Positions 9,795 through 22,348 of a DNA stretch of 64,000 nt are shown one piece after another (position 1 is the stretch's first letter; the number at the start of each line of letters is the position of its first letter). The position numbers and the translations under genes are program-made. This DNA comes from Podarcis pityusensis (lineage: Eukaryota), in NCBI GenBank assembly GCA_964106645.2, contig OZ067043.1. The stretch is one strand, 5' to 3'. The notes beneath the pieces are model-generated. The model saw only the letters and a program-made list of their open reading frames with translations. It searched no databases and was not told where the DNA came from.

Positions 9795-12034
9795 CTACCA
9801 TAACGAGAAGGGAAACCGGAGAAGAAAAGAGAAAGGAAAAAAACAAACAAAAACGAGAGGGTTAGTTTGTGAAAATGAACTTTAATTAAAAAAAAAAAAA
9901 AGATGATGATAATGAACATATAGGCAAAATTGGCTACTTTGAAAAAGTAAAACTGGACGGCGGCATCTCTCAATTTGCTCTTTGACCAGGCAAAGGATTT
10001 TTTTTTTTAAAGGGGGAGTGGGGAAGAAAATCTTAGAAGCCACCCAAATTCCCATCTCATGGTAGGAGTGTACCAGGAATGCCCAGTGGGCTAAGGCTTC
10101 TAGCACTGGCCAATGCAGGTCATCAAGGAAGCCGTAGCTGCACCTAAAGGGTATGGAAGATGGTTATCTTGAAAGGTAATAAACACAAACAAACAAGACC
10201 GAAAAAGAGAGGCTTGTCACAGGAAGCCAAACGGGAGAGGTAGACATGAAAGAATTAAGATTCCTTGCTTAGTGTTGTGGTGGGAGAATTGCATGAAAAG
10301 AAGCAGGAGAAAATGTGGGGTGGGGTGGGCAGAAGAGAGAAATGTTCTGCTTTAAGGAAGACAAGGCAATGAGCACGTGATGGGGTGTTCAGAAAGGGGA
10401 ATAGTGACAGCACAAAGGTTTGCAACAGCTTCTATGTAAAGAGCATTCAGTTACAAAACAGCAAAGCTGGCCAGTCACAAAACTGCACAAATCTTTATTG
10501 GTGTTCATGTACAAGAAAGAGAAGACAATTCTTAGGCCAGAAAATGTCATTTCTCTCCCATTAAACACGGCTGGCAAACACTTTCGGTTTCCCCAACACA
10601 GACCAAAGTTAGAGCACAAATTCACTTCTGTGCACCAGAGAGATACTACAGAACTGTACTAGGTCCCACTTGTTTCGCAAAGGAGATCTAAAAGATGAAA
10701 TCTGACAGAAAGGGCGCCAATCTGTCACAGCTGCGAGGCCCACAGAAAGCTAACGATTAAGGGCTGGGGATGAAAAGGCAGCTTATTGTGGAAGTCTACA
10801 TGTGAGCACTTGCTGAAACACCTGAAGAAGCTGCTTCCTCCCCACCTCTCTGAAGTCGTAAATCTAGATCTAAAGTCGGCGGCTATGGATTCCGATTTTC
10901 TTGGTTCCTGAAAGACAGCTAACACTTCGCTGGCTGATTGGCTCCCCTCCAAACATGGCTGCCCTGCAGGGCCTGATGGAGACTGCACAAAGCAGAGAGG
11001 TGGTTCAAAGCAGGTTCCTCTTTGAAAAGAGTTTAAAGCAAAATTGCAACTGGCTTACATACTATTGATAAGTGACGCTTTTACCCTCTCGGAAGAGCGG
11101 CTCGCTGCACACGAAGCAGAGCTCTGCTGTGATTTTGTTGCAAGGGTTTCTCAGGAACCCTCAACTCTTGAACGGAACACTTTGGCCTTCCATTTCTCCT
11201 GACAGAGGGCAGCCACAGCTGGCAACAGATCATTAGCCGATCAGTACAGTCCATACTCCTGGCAAGCAAACAGACTGCTTGGCTGAATGCTAGGCAACCT
11301 GGGTAGTCACAATCTCCATTAAAAAAAAAAAAGCAAATCAAAGAGCTTCACCTGCCTTGCTAACTTCAGCTGACTACACAGGACAAGTGGGATGGCTCCT
11401 TCCTCACACTTTCATTAATGACATGTTTAAACTCTTATTGGCTAGGAACAGGGACCAATGCTATTTTGGAATGAGAAGCAAGCACCAAAGGGACAAAAAA
11501 GGACTCTCCCCCCCCCCCCCCACAACTCTGCACCCATAGCAAGGTAAACAAGAGCTAGACACAGGGAATGCTCATCTACACACATTTCATGCATGGCTTT
11601 AGAAAGACACCATGCACCTACACTTAACAACAGCTGCAAATTCAACCACGGCAGATGCCTACGTAACTACAACGCCAATGGAATGAAATCACTCTTAAGT
11701 ACGCCACTTGGTGGGGATGGCAAGCACATGGCTTGTCCAAGTTGTACAGCACATCCAAAAGTTTTGAAGCAGTCTTTGTTTGGCTGACACAACTATAACA
11801 GATGCAAGCTGTTATAATAACACATCAGGGACTATTAAGAGCTTTGTACCCATCACTAACAGTGCCAGACCATTAAAATAGATAACAAAGCGATTGGAAT
11901 CTAAGCTTGCCGGAATGATTATGATGCAAGCAACTTTCTTTCTTTTTTCTCTTGCTTTCCTGGAGGTGTGTGGCTTCAACTGGCGTTCTAATGGACAAGT
12001 TCATACTTTGCACCAGTATCAAGAAGTTCAGTTA

Positions 12035-12200
12035 CCGTATTTTTCGCTCTACAAGATGCACCCGACCATAAGATGTGCCTAGTTTTTAGAGAAGGCTTCA
12101 GGGATAGCCGCGCAGCCTGCATTCGCTCCGTAAGATGCACACACATTCCCCCTTACTTTTTAGGAGGGAAAAAGTGCGTCTTATAGAGCGAAAAATATGG
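12035..12200. mobile_element. Tc1/mariner-superfamily (Tc2/pogo-like) MITE, 166 bp
   Basis: TIRs ccgtatttttcgctcta / tagagcgaaaaatatgg, flanked by TA at 12033-12034 and 12201-12202. Confidence 0.85.
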
Positions 12201-12245
12201 TATTTATCTTCCTCTTTTGCACTCTGCTTCAGATGCTATGCTGCA

Positions 12246-12360
12246 CAGCCTTTCCAAACCTGGGGGTCTCCAGACTACAACTTTTGCCTTTCCTGATCAT
12301 TGGTCATGCTGGCTGGGGCGAATGGACAACAACTTGAAGGTCCTGGGTAGACGAAGGCTG
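12246..12360. mobile_element. Degenerate hAT-type palindromic MITE (gactacaactccc family)
   Basis: Termini cagccttt...aaggctg and internal gactacaact motif shared with the copies at 39395 and 58346. Confidence 0.6.
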
Positions 12361-14914
12361 ATGTATTATGATAAACAGGATTGATTTGTATAAATTAGAT
12401 GCAGAAGATTGAAACGTGGGCTCATACTGCACCTATTCCAATTGTTTTCTTTGCAATGATGCTGTCACAGAGTTATCAAGACCTTTCGAGTAAAGTTGTT
12501 CCTAATAGCAGGCAACTATTATTCTGCCCACTTTCTCCAAGTCTAAGCCCTCCTTCTGCACTTGCCTATGCCTCCTGCTCAGCTATTGCCAGTCCTAGCC
12601 TGAAAACAGATGGTCTGACTTAAAGCCTTCTCCTTACACTTGCTGACCCTGAGGTTAATCTGGTAATAGCAGCAGAACCTTAAGTGCTGGGCTGACTTAT
12701 CACAGGTGGCTACCTAGGAATGGTGTTTGTAAGGGTCAACACTTTTGCTGCAGCTGCAGATCCAAAGAACTTCACAGGGTATTACTGGATGAAAGCGATT
12801 TGCAAGGAAACCCAAGGAAACGTTTTATGCACGTCCCCCCCTTTTAAAGTGGTAGTTCAACACTTTAAATGATTACGATTTCACAGTTGCTGAAATTGAC
12901 AAACCTGATAGTATTAGTAAAAATGACAGGGGGATGGAAGGGAAAGAAGCAAGCCGCTTTTCTGACGTGTACTAGGCCCTGTTAATACATCCCTTGGTAT
13001 GCTGACATTTTCTTAGTATCAGTTTTAAGTGAGGGACTCATGGTGTGCTGGGGTTCTGGTGTTAAATCTGTAGTCGGTTTTCTATGCTGTTCCTTCAAAC
13101 ACTGAACCATAATCATGGCTTGGAAGGCTGTCTGAACTGAGCCACTGCACAGATGGCTAATACCAAAAGAAGTTTCAGAAAGTGCAAGGGACCTCACTAA
13201 AATGTGGCTACTGGTTATGGTTCCCCTACAACTGTTTTCTGAAGTGCACATGTGGCAAGCTGGTCATCTCTAGTATCAAACCATGTGATACAGGTGCCTC
13301 AATCTATTGGATTGGACACTACAGAAAAGCCTCATTGTGTAGCTGAGTATTACTAATGACCAGGCTTTCCATATGGTTACATGAGCAATACTTTAAGAGA
13401 CCACGAGTTAAATGATCATCTATCCCAAGTCAAGGAAAATCTGGCCTGAATGTCCCTAAAGTTTAATATGAGAAAGCAAAGAGAGGTATCTGAGCTTGTC
13501 AGGTTTCAGGAAGAAGCATGCTAAGAGAACAAGGAGAGAGCAGGATTGCAAAGGAAGGTCCACAGGGAAGCGGCAAGCCTGTGAAAGAAGAGATGCACAT
13601 TCCTCAGTACCATCCGTCAACACTTATTTATAACAAGTAAATATACATCATGCACCTCAATAACCTGATCCAACCATGGCACAAAAAGTGGACCAGCCGA
13701 GAGACTGGAGAGAGGACCTTGTATCTCTCTCTCTCTTCACCATCTGACTCCATCTGTCCCCTTGGAAGCTTCTCACACTGATCCGTTGGCTCAGAGAGTC
13801 CCAACAGAACCCACAAAACAGACGTATTGCAACAGAATTAGGTATCTAGGAGCAATGGCTTTCTAGGCAGCCTACGAAGTTGTCCAGATCCTTAAGGGTT
13901 AAACCTTGAGGTACGGATTCAACTAACTGAATTGTTCCTTCCGTCCTCACAAGGTGCTTGATCCAGAAGAGGAAGTGGGGAAGGAGCTTTTTGCTGTGTT
14001 CTCTCCCTCCCCACAACCCTTTCCCCCTGTCCCAGAGAGCCTCCAACCCTCCAGAGCCGATTTTAGGGAGATGCAAGGGGCTGCAGAAGGAAGGGGTGAG
14101 TAGGTGAATGCCACCTCCCACAACGTCCACTGGCGGGAGCTTTCCCTGAGTGGAGTTCTGCTGAGGGGATGCTACCACCAGAGGTAGCAATGCTGGGATC
14201 CAAGACTGAACCAGAACTATATAAAAGCAGATACGCGCCATGATTGGCCCATGGCATGCATCTGAGAAGTAACCTGTCAGCCCTCCTCTTCCCTCCATCA
14301 TTCCTCCTGCAGTATGTAGTAAATGTGAAGTATGGACATCAAATAAACTTTGCTGGGCAGCAAAAAAGAAAAGAAAAAGCAAGCACCTTTTGGGTCGACC
14401 TGCATAGTCGATAGGGTGTCTGCCGGTGCTATAAAGCGCAGAATAGACTGCAGCAAATTTTTTTATTCCAAAAAACAATTAAGTGAAATAAATTCAGCAT
14501 TGTACCCGCAAAACCCCCACCCCACCTAAGGGTTAGCATCTCAAGTTGTAAGATTCTTTTCTGACCAGAGTCCAATTAAACCGGAGTTTGCCCATTTGGA
14601 TGAAAAGAGCAAAGATGGAAGGTGGGAGCAGGTGAGCACATGAAGTACGTGATATGAGGATGTTCACTTCTGAAGCCATAACTAGATGTTGGAAGGTGGG
14701 ATTCCCCCCCACCCCCCATCCAGACACATGTAAACACACTAATGTAAAATGCATTATCGCTAATGGTGAGGAAGAAAAGGTTTGGGAGGAATGGAAGTGC
14801 TCCTAGCTCTTCAAGCTCCCAGAGGCTGCTTTTATGATGTTTTGCTCGCTAACTTCGTAGCAAAGGTATTGCTTGGCACTGGACAGGGTAGGAAATGCTC
14901 TGCCCAGGTTTTAC

Positions 14915-14991
14915 CTGTGGACCTGGACCCATGGGCCCCATTCCTCGTGGAGGATTCATCCTTTGCATCGGCCCTCCCATGTTGGGATGCC
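14915..14991 (-). CDS. SSBP3: SSBP3 coding exon (exon 9 equivalent), (G)HPNMGGPMQRMNPPRGMGPMGPGPQ, 77 nt
   Basis: Acceptor ctcttccctcgctag, donor CAG|gtaaaa; phase 1/0; follows a 114-nt intron. Confidence 0.96.
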
Positions 14992-15105
14992 CTAGCGAGG
15001 GAAGAGAGACAGGAAGATGTTACTTTATTACTGGAGAGTAATGCACTTGGGGAAAGGATAGGCCAAGGGGAAAGAACACCTGCAGACAAGCCGAATCACA
15101 TTTAC

Positions 15106-15172
15106 CTTGTTGTCGTGTGGGGTCCATTGAGTTGGGCAGCAAGGGCTGTGTACCAGGAACACCCCCTGGAGG
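15106..15172 (-). CDS. SSBP3: SSBP3 coding exon (exon 8 equivalent), PPGGVPGTQPLLPNSMDPTRQQ(G), 67 nt
   Basis: Acceptor tttcctttcccccatag, donor AAG|gtaaat; phase 0/1. Confidence 0.96.
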
Positions 15173-16444
15173 CTATGGGGGAAAGGAAACAAATCTGAGG
15201 AAATCAAATACTTGGGAGATGCACAGTACAATGATCAGTATTGCTTTGCTACATTCGCTGCTGCAATTAGAAAAACCAGTCATGGGCTGAAGGCCCTTTT
15301 GGCTCAGCTGCTTTTATATCTATACTCAAAAGCATTAGACTTCAAGGAAATGGGTCAATTTACTGATGAGGGTGAGGGCAGAATAGCCCCCTTATGCTAT
15401 AAGCCCTGCGTTTGTCTCATATTGCCATTGTGTGGGCGTCTGCAGAGGAAACCTGGTTGATTCGAGGATAGGCTTAATCTTCCCTAGAAATCCTCCTTCA
15501 AAAAGGAACAGGAAAACTTTCCCCCCATTCCAGTTATTCTTGGCCGACTTTCCCCTAAGCCAACAGCGAAAGGTAGGTATGGCAGAGGGAGTGGCATGAA
15601 AAAAAGCAGCATTTTTAAAAGTACCATTTATTTGTATGAGAAAAATGTAACATATGGGACATCATTTTCACAATACACATGTAGGTGGAGAATGGCCTCA
15701 GTTTCATTCCCTGAATGGGTAAGTGATATCTCTTATTTATCCCAGTTCATCTATCATCAGTTCCTAGAGTGTCACGTGTGCATAGTTGAATGCTACAACC
15801 CCCTTGTCTACTAGCCCATTGAAAAAAGGGGATTTCTAGGGGAGAATTAGAAGGAAGGATTAAACAGTCCTTTCCTTCCAGTTGTTGACGGTCTTCTAGA
15901 AATGCCTTTCACCTTTGCGTTACCTTGGCCAAATGGGTTTACTGACACAATTTGTAATTTTGTCCACTCCTGGCCTTCTTCAGAAAAGAAGCCTCCTTTT
16001 CTAGAGTTCACGGGCGCTTTCAAAAATCATGCTTCTCATGCCATAAAGCCAGAGTAAAATAGCTCCAGGTGTTTGGGTGGGCTAATTGACTGTGGCAACT
16101 CTTTTGATGCTAAGTATTCTTCTAGGTTTGGTCCTTAAGTTCACCTGTGTTTATCTAGCTCGTGGGTGTTTTGTAAACACCCTCCCTCCAGTTACCTGCT
16201 ACATATAAGCATCCTTCATAAGCACCTATATTTTCCACAAGCATATTGAAAATGCATACTTAAAAAGCCCCTTAATGGATGGGGACCAAGGTATCTTATG
16301 GAGCACTTCCACCCACACCACCCAGCCTGGGCTCTTGGATTGTCTCAGGGGGCTCCTTCTTGTTCACAGTGTGGGGATACAGGGTAGGGGCTTATCAGTA
16401 ATGGCACCATCACTTAGAAGCCATGCCATTCAGGACCTTCTTTG

Positions 16445-16645
16445 ACATAAACAACTGCCCTCCCAGGTTTTTGAAGAGCTTGGTTGAATCTGCTCTGGAG
16501 TTTTAGTACAGTATAGCCTGCATTACTGCAGGTTTTAATGTGTGAACTGCTTTGTTTTATCACTAGGTTTATATTTATTTTCACTGTAAACTGCTTTGGG
16601 ACCACTTTGGAATTGAAAAGTTGTATTTAATTTTTTATAAATAAA
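16445..16645 (+). mobile_element. Decayed L2-like LINE 3' end
   Basis: T-rich segment followed by tgtaaactgctttggga...aataaa tail typical of squamate L2 3' ends. Confidence 0.4.
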
Positions 16646-16704
16646 CATATATAGCTATAACAGTGATGGAGTTTACCTGCACTGGTGGGGTAAGTTTTGA
16701 TCAG

Positions 16705-16870
16705 GGTAGAATCTGCATGCATTTTTAAAATGTTGTGAAAATGTTGCTTTAAAATGTTGTGAAAAAAAATCCTTTTGAAAAATACATTGAATTTGCTATA
16801 GCTCACAGTTGCCATCTAGTGTCTAGTGTATTGCACTTCACAACACATTTGCAGCTGCACAGCTGAGTCC
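16705..16870. mobile_element. Small interspersed element (putative PIF/Harbinger MITE), copy 1, with CTCF-like motif
   Basis: Clear similarity to 50276-50444 (aaaatgttgtgaa, cattgaatttg, atagctcac, gccatctagtg, agctgagtcc). Confidence 0.7.
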
Positions 16871-18324
16871 ACGGTTTACAAACTCACGGGGTGTCACTTT
16901 TTTGGGGGGGTGCGAAATAAGACCCGAGTTAGAAAGATCATGAACTTCCATCTTTGCCGCTACCTTTTGGTTTGGGGTACTTATACTCCAGTCTCAGCTA
17001 CACTAAACGCCTAGGTACCTGACTCCGCCCCCCCCCCAATTCGACAACAACGATTTCCTCATTGGAGAAAAACATAAAAGCTTTAAAATGAGCCAGGAAG
17101 TTTCTTAAATATACCATTTCTCTCTTGCCTAAATGGCTAGATCTGCTTTCCTAAACATCAGTCATTGCTATGCCTTCATTCATTGGCTAAAGATACAGAA
17201 AGAGGAACAGGCTCATTATTTTGTTTTAACAAAACAAATGAGCAGAGTAGCAGCTGAATATTCTGCCTCATATTTCAGGTTCAACAAGGGCTGAAGACTT
17301 ACTTCCCCTCCACTTCTTTTTGTAATGAAAACTTGGAATCCAGGAAAGATGGCTTATCAGGTGGGTGAGGGGGGTGATATTCTCCTTATCTTCCCTGCAG
17401 ATGCCCACATGCACATATCCCATTCCTCATGAATCTATCATATATCTTCATTTTTTAAAAAAACAGTCATCCATATGCAGCCTGAGTCTCACAGTGAAGG
17501 TCCTTGAATGAAATGCTACTGATGCCAGTGCAATTTTAAGGTATACATTTGGGAAATGCACTGCGTTAAAGAAAGTTATCTGTTTGCCAACACAGATGAC
17601 ATTTCATCAACAAGGGTGATAGCGTTTCCCCTTCCTTACTTAACAGAAGTGAACAGATTGTGATGATGCCATTTGTATTTAAAATACGTCAACGCATTTT
17701 GTAGAAATGGTAAGATTCCTTTTTTCTTGGGCAACAAATCCTTTCAACTTCATAATGTGCCTTCCATATTTTGATAAAGCTGGTGAGAAAAGACAGATAT
17801 CGTCTCTCTCTGTCTAGCTATAAGCAAGTTTGCGATTTGGACATTTTCTTTAAAAAATATTTTTTAAAAAATAGTCCAGATCCCTCTTAACATCACTACT
17901 TAATAGAAGTTGTTGGCTGTAACTTAGACAGAGAACTGGTATTCCAAAATGAATATATTGATACAAAACTTAGAAATATGTGATGCATAAAAGGTGCCGT
18001 GAAACTCCTGCATAGCTTTATGGGTCCCTTAAGGAGCTATGCACAGTTCAAACAAAATGGACAGAGGACCTCTGCAACTGAGGATAGGTGAGATCCAACA
18101 TAGCCAAGAACATGGTAACTCTCTGATCCAGTTTTGGCAAGTCCACTTACAAAGCCATAAGTGAGTGTGATGGCACTGGATGTACATTTTTTAAAAAACA
18201 ACAACACGTAAACCACAATTATATATATAATTTTTTTAAATCCTGCACAGAGTTATAAAAAGGAATTTAAATTGCATACAAGATTCCTTAATATTGTTGT
18301 TGTTATTGTTTTGGAAATGTGCAG

Positions 18325-18578
18325 GTGGTTAGTGTACATGGAGGACAAAGCTTTCAAGGGCTACCTAGTCGTGATGGCTTTATGCTACCTCCAGGAACGG
18401 AGGCACAATACCTCTGAATTCTAGTTGCTGGGAAACCGCAGCAGGAGGGAGAGTTTCTGCCCTCATGTCCTCCTTGTGGGTTTCCCCAAGAGGCATCTCT
18501 AGTTGGCTGCTGTGGGAAACAGGATGCTGAAACTAGATAAGCCTTTGGTCTAATCCAACAGAGTTCTTGTTATGTTCT
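18325..18578 (+). mobile_element. CR1 LINE 3' end (ttatgttct-tailed squamate type)
   Basis: catggagga...gttggctgctgtgggaaacaggatgctgaaactagat...tttggtctaatcca...ttatgttct resembles a squamate CR1 3' UTR. Confidence 0.7.
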
Positions 18579-18987
18579 AGCCTCCTGCAGCAATTTCAAA
18601 GAGGAATTTAATGTGATCATTGGTCAAGAAAGGCCAGAAAAGCATGACACTCAATAGGATGGCAGATTTTTTTTTTGAGAGTCGGTAAATCTTCTGTGCA
18701 CATCTTACAATCTGGTTTGCATGAACTCCACTTACAAACGACAAGCTGGCTACAGACAGGACATCCTTCTGCCCTCAAGCTCCCACTATTTACTACATAT
18801 ATGCATTTATTATCTTGTGGCAAAAGATCACCTGAGAGCTTTACAATTCCCCCTTTAAGAAACGGGGTGTGTGTGTCTGTGTGTGGTAACTCATTGCAAC
18901 CCCAGTGTTAAAAAGTACATGAATGAAAGAATAAACATCTTAAGCCTCAATCGTGTTTTAGCTGCGAATACTGAAGAAATACAATAC

Positions 18988-19047
18988 CTGATTTCCCATT
19001 CTGATTGGGGGCCGGGGACCTCCTGCGTATCTTGGTGACATAAAAGG
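18988..19047 (-). CDS. SSBP3: SSBP3 coding exon (exon 7 equivalent), [20 protein letters not shown], 60 nt, symmetric phase 0/0
   Basis: Acceptor atgcttacag, donor CAG|gtattg; recognised SSBP3 peptide. Confidence 0.96.
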
Positions 19048-19928
19048 CTGTAAGCATATAAAATTAGTTCAGTGGCAATGAACGCTCAAAAGTGGAAGTA
19101 AACATTATAACCACTTCCTTCACAACTGCTCTTTAAAATACCAAAATTGATTGTATTTCCCTTATTCTACACACGTACACACAAACTCCCCAAACCGAGC
19201 ATTTGATTAGCACAACATTTCTGAGGTGAATTCCAGGCCAAATGAATGAAAGATTTAATATACTGCATTCCATTCAACTTGTAATTAAACTTGACACATA
19301 TACACACAGAAGCATTTTTTAATAAAAACAAAAAACAAAACCCTGCTGATAAGAAATATTTAGACTCTTAAGTCTTTGACATTTGTTGTGCTTTACTGTA
19401 TTTATTTGTTTAAGGTTAGGATGGTTTAATAATTTTTGACAAGAATTAAAATTAGCACAAATGAAAGTACCAAGCGAATATTAAGATACTTTTTAAACAG
19501 ACTGGTAAATGAAAGTGCGGTTTGGGGAAGAGAAGAGTTTAAAACATTTCAATGACAAGTAGTGAAAACAAGCACTTAAACCGTACAATGATTGTCTTAA
19601 TGCTGTTCGGGGTTGGGGGGGTGGAGGATTAGAAAAAAATGATATTTGTATGTAAATTAGCATGTCTGAAAATCGAAAGCTACTTTGTAATCTGATGTCA
19701 ATGGAACAAATGCAGCCAAGAGGAACAGACTTCCTAGCGGAGGTGAGATGAGGTGGAATGAAAACGATTTTGGGGTCCCGGGATCTTGAGTGGATGTAAA
19801 TTCACAACGCTCCGCAAACTACCCTGGAGCTGCTTGCTGGTTAAGTTAGCGGAAGGGTGTGGCTCCCACATGCTTTGAGAGTTCACACAGAACACACATA
19901 TCACAGCAGTGCCCTGCGATGTCTTTAC

Positions 19929-20009
19929 CTGACTGTGGGGTCCCATCATGCTGTTGGGGTTGTGAGGTGGAGGCTGTGCGTGTGGCGAGGGCTGAGAGCC
20001 AGGCGGTCC
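19929..20009 (-). CDS. SSBP3: SSBP3 coding exon (exon 6 equivalent), GPPGSQPSPHAQPPPHNPNSMMGPHSQ, 81 nt, symmetric phase 0/0
   Basis: Acceptor ctaacctcacag, donor CAG|gtaaag; translation continues the SSBP3 sequence in frame. Confidence 0.96.
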
Positions 20010-21514
20010 CTGTGAGGTTAGATAGCAGAAGGTGGTTATAGGTCAGGCACATGAATGTGCAGGAAAAGAGCTGGCTTAACAGGAGAAGCTGGCGAATCTT
20101 CACAGGGAATGAATATTTTGTTTCTGAACATCGCAAACTTCCAAAAGAAAAAGAAATAGAAATTGGGGGGCGGGGGGGGGGGAGAATGCGGGCAAAGAAC
20201 CAATAACTGTCAAAGCACATCAAATGAGCTGTTAATTCTGAGTGAGCGAAACAGCTTGTGCCCTCTGACATTTGTGATGGGATCGCTAGTGAGTCCAACG
20301 CTGGAATTGCTGCTCGGTGCTGGAATTTTACTGCTGTGCGGACAGACTAAAATAGGTGCAATGTGTGGCGGCACATAACCTGTGAGCAAACATTTTCATT
20401 GCCGAACCTTAATAAATGCAAACTGTGATCTCAATTAACACAAAAAAGTCTCCAAAATATCTGGAGTGGGGGTGGGAAAAAACCTGCCTCGTCTAGTCTC
20501 ACACTGGAAATTGCACACATGGCACCGAAGAAACGCAACATGTCCGCCAACTGTGCCCTGGCATCTGCCCGTGTTCAGGCACGCTTTATTCAAATTATGT
20601 AATTCAGCAGATTTGGGTAAACAAAAAAACAAAACAAAACAAAATGCAAATCTGCGTTGGCTGTATGGATCATGATATGGGTCTGGGCAATACAACTTAT
20701 GCAAGCTGAACAAAAAGCCCCCCCCCCCAGGTGTATTGCACTGTACGGTTTCAGTCTTCCACAAGCCTGCACTATTAAATGCATCTGGATAAGTGCTTGA
20801 AGAACACATAAAAAACTAGCTCACCCACAATATATTCCTATTAGATTAGCAATAGTACTTTTCTGTGTTTTCATTTGCCACTTGGGTTAAGAATTTAGAA
20901 CAAGAGAAAGTTAACAAGAAGGTTTATGATGATGATAATAATAAAAATAAAAATGCTTAATAACATGCTTAATAACTTTACCTAGACTTCCAATTCTAGG
21001 AAGTTTGTAGCAGCAGCAATAACTTATCATTTCTACACACAAGACTATAGTGTCACATTTTTGAGACCAGAACTGTGGTCCTTCACCAAGATTAACTATC
21101 TATTGAGGCAACAATTAATCTTGCATGCAGATATGATTTTACCTTGGGGGGGGGCTTATATGTGCCTGAGAAGAAAAAGATTCATTTGTATAGTTTCAAC
21201 CCTGCAATGCAGGGCTGTAGGATTAAACATCATTTTAATTCCCTCCATTCCTGGAATCCCGGAAAACAAGAAGTTTATTTCAAAAAAAGTGTGTTCTTGA
21301 ACATGAATAACCAAATTCGCACTATGATGTACACATGTTCCCTGTGTAATTTTTTCTCTCTCAAACAAACACAAAATTGTAATTGGTCTGGAAAGCAAAC
21401 AAGACTTGTAAGTACATTATGAGAATCAGCTACACACTTCAGGAAAAGCAGAGGAACAGATGTTCTATACCTGCCATGTTAGTAATTTCAACAAGTGTTC
21501 GCCTTCTAGCTGCT

Positions 21515-21710
21515 NNNNNNNNNNNNNNNNNNNNNNNNNNNNNNNNNNNNNNNNNNNNNNNNNNNNNNNNNNNNNNNNNNNNNNNNNNNNNNNNNNNNNN
21601 NNNNNNNNNNNNNNNNNNNNNNNNNNNNNNNNNNNNNNNNNNNNNNNNNNNNNNNNNNNNNNNNNNNNNNNNNNNNNNNNNNNNNNNNNNNNNNNNNNNN
21701 NNNNNNNNNN
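21515..21710. other. Assembly gap (196 N)
   Basis: Run of n. Confidence 1.
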
Positions 21711-22130
21711 GAGGGGAAGTTAATGAAGGCAGGACATATTTGCACCTGCAAATCTTTTGTACCAGGGAAACTTGAGTGCAATGTAAATAAAAGAGGGGGA
21801 GAAATTGTTAAAGAGTTAACACGGAAAGATGCAAACAGAGCTCTAAACAGAAGCAGACACTCTGCTGATCCTCCAGGTTATGTTTACGGGATCGTAGAAA
21901 CTGATTTTCCTTTGCATTAATAAGATCCATTGTACATAGGGTGCTAATATTTGCTCATTAACTCCTTTAACTGAGAATTAAGGGTTGCTTCTCACAGGTT
22001 ATTTTTTTCTCTAGTACTGATATCTATAAACAAAATACATGAATATAGTGTTCGGTATGATGTTTCAAATGTAGCTTTCCCCCCATTTCAAATACTTAAA
22101 AGCACAGAATTAGACCCCCGCTATCAAGTA

Positions 22131-22348
22131 CAGTGGTACCTTGGGTTAAGTACTTAATTTGTTCCGGAGGTCTGTACTAAACCTGAAACTGTTCTTAACC
22201 TGAAGCACCACTTTAGCTAATGGGGGCCTCCTGCTGCTGCTGCGCCGCCGGAGCACGATTTCTGTTCTCATCCTGAAGCAAAGTTCTTAACTCGAGGTAC
22301 TATTTCTGGGGTAGTGGAGTAACCTGAAGCGTATGTAACCCGAGGTAC
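22131..22348. mobile_element. Tc1/mariner-superfamily (Tigger/pogo-like) MITE, right TIR truncated
   Basis: ta|cagtggtaccttgggtta ... taacccgaggtac; internal repeated aacctgaa motifs; same terminal motif as the element at 37383. Confidence 0.8.

Noticed and set aside
13846-14478. Longest ORF in the track (210 aa, minus strand)
   Set aside because: No recognisable domain, non-ATG start, composition typical of translated intron; it does not fit the SSBP3 exon chain
14782-15198. 138-aa plus-strand ORF
   Set aside because: Antisense shadow of GC-rich SSBP3 exons 8 and 9
21383-21781. ORFs spanning 21383-21781
   Set aside because: Artefacts of translating through the N gap
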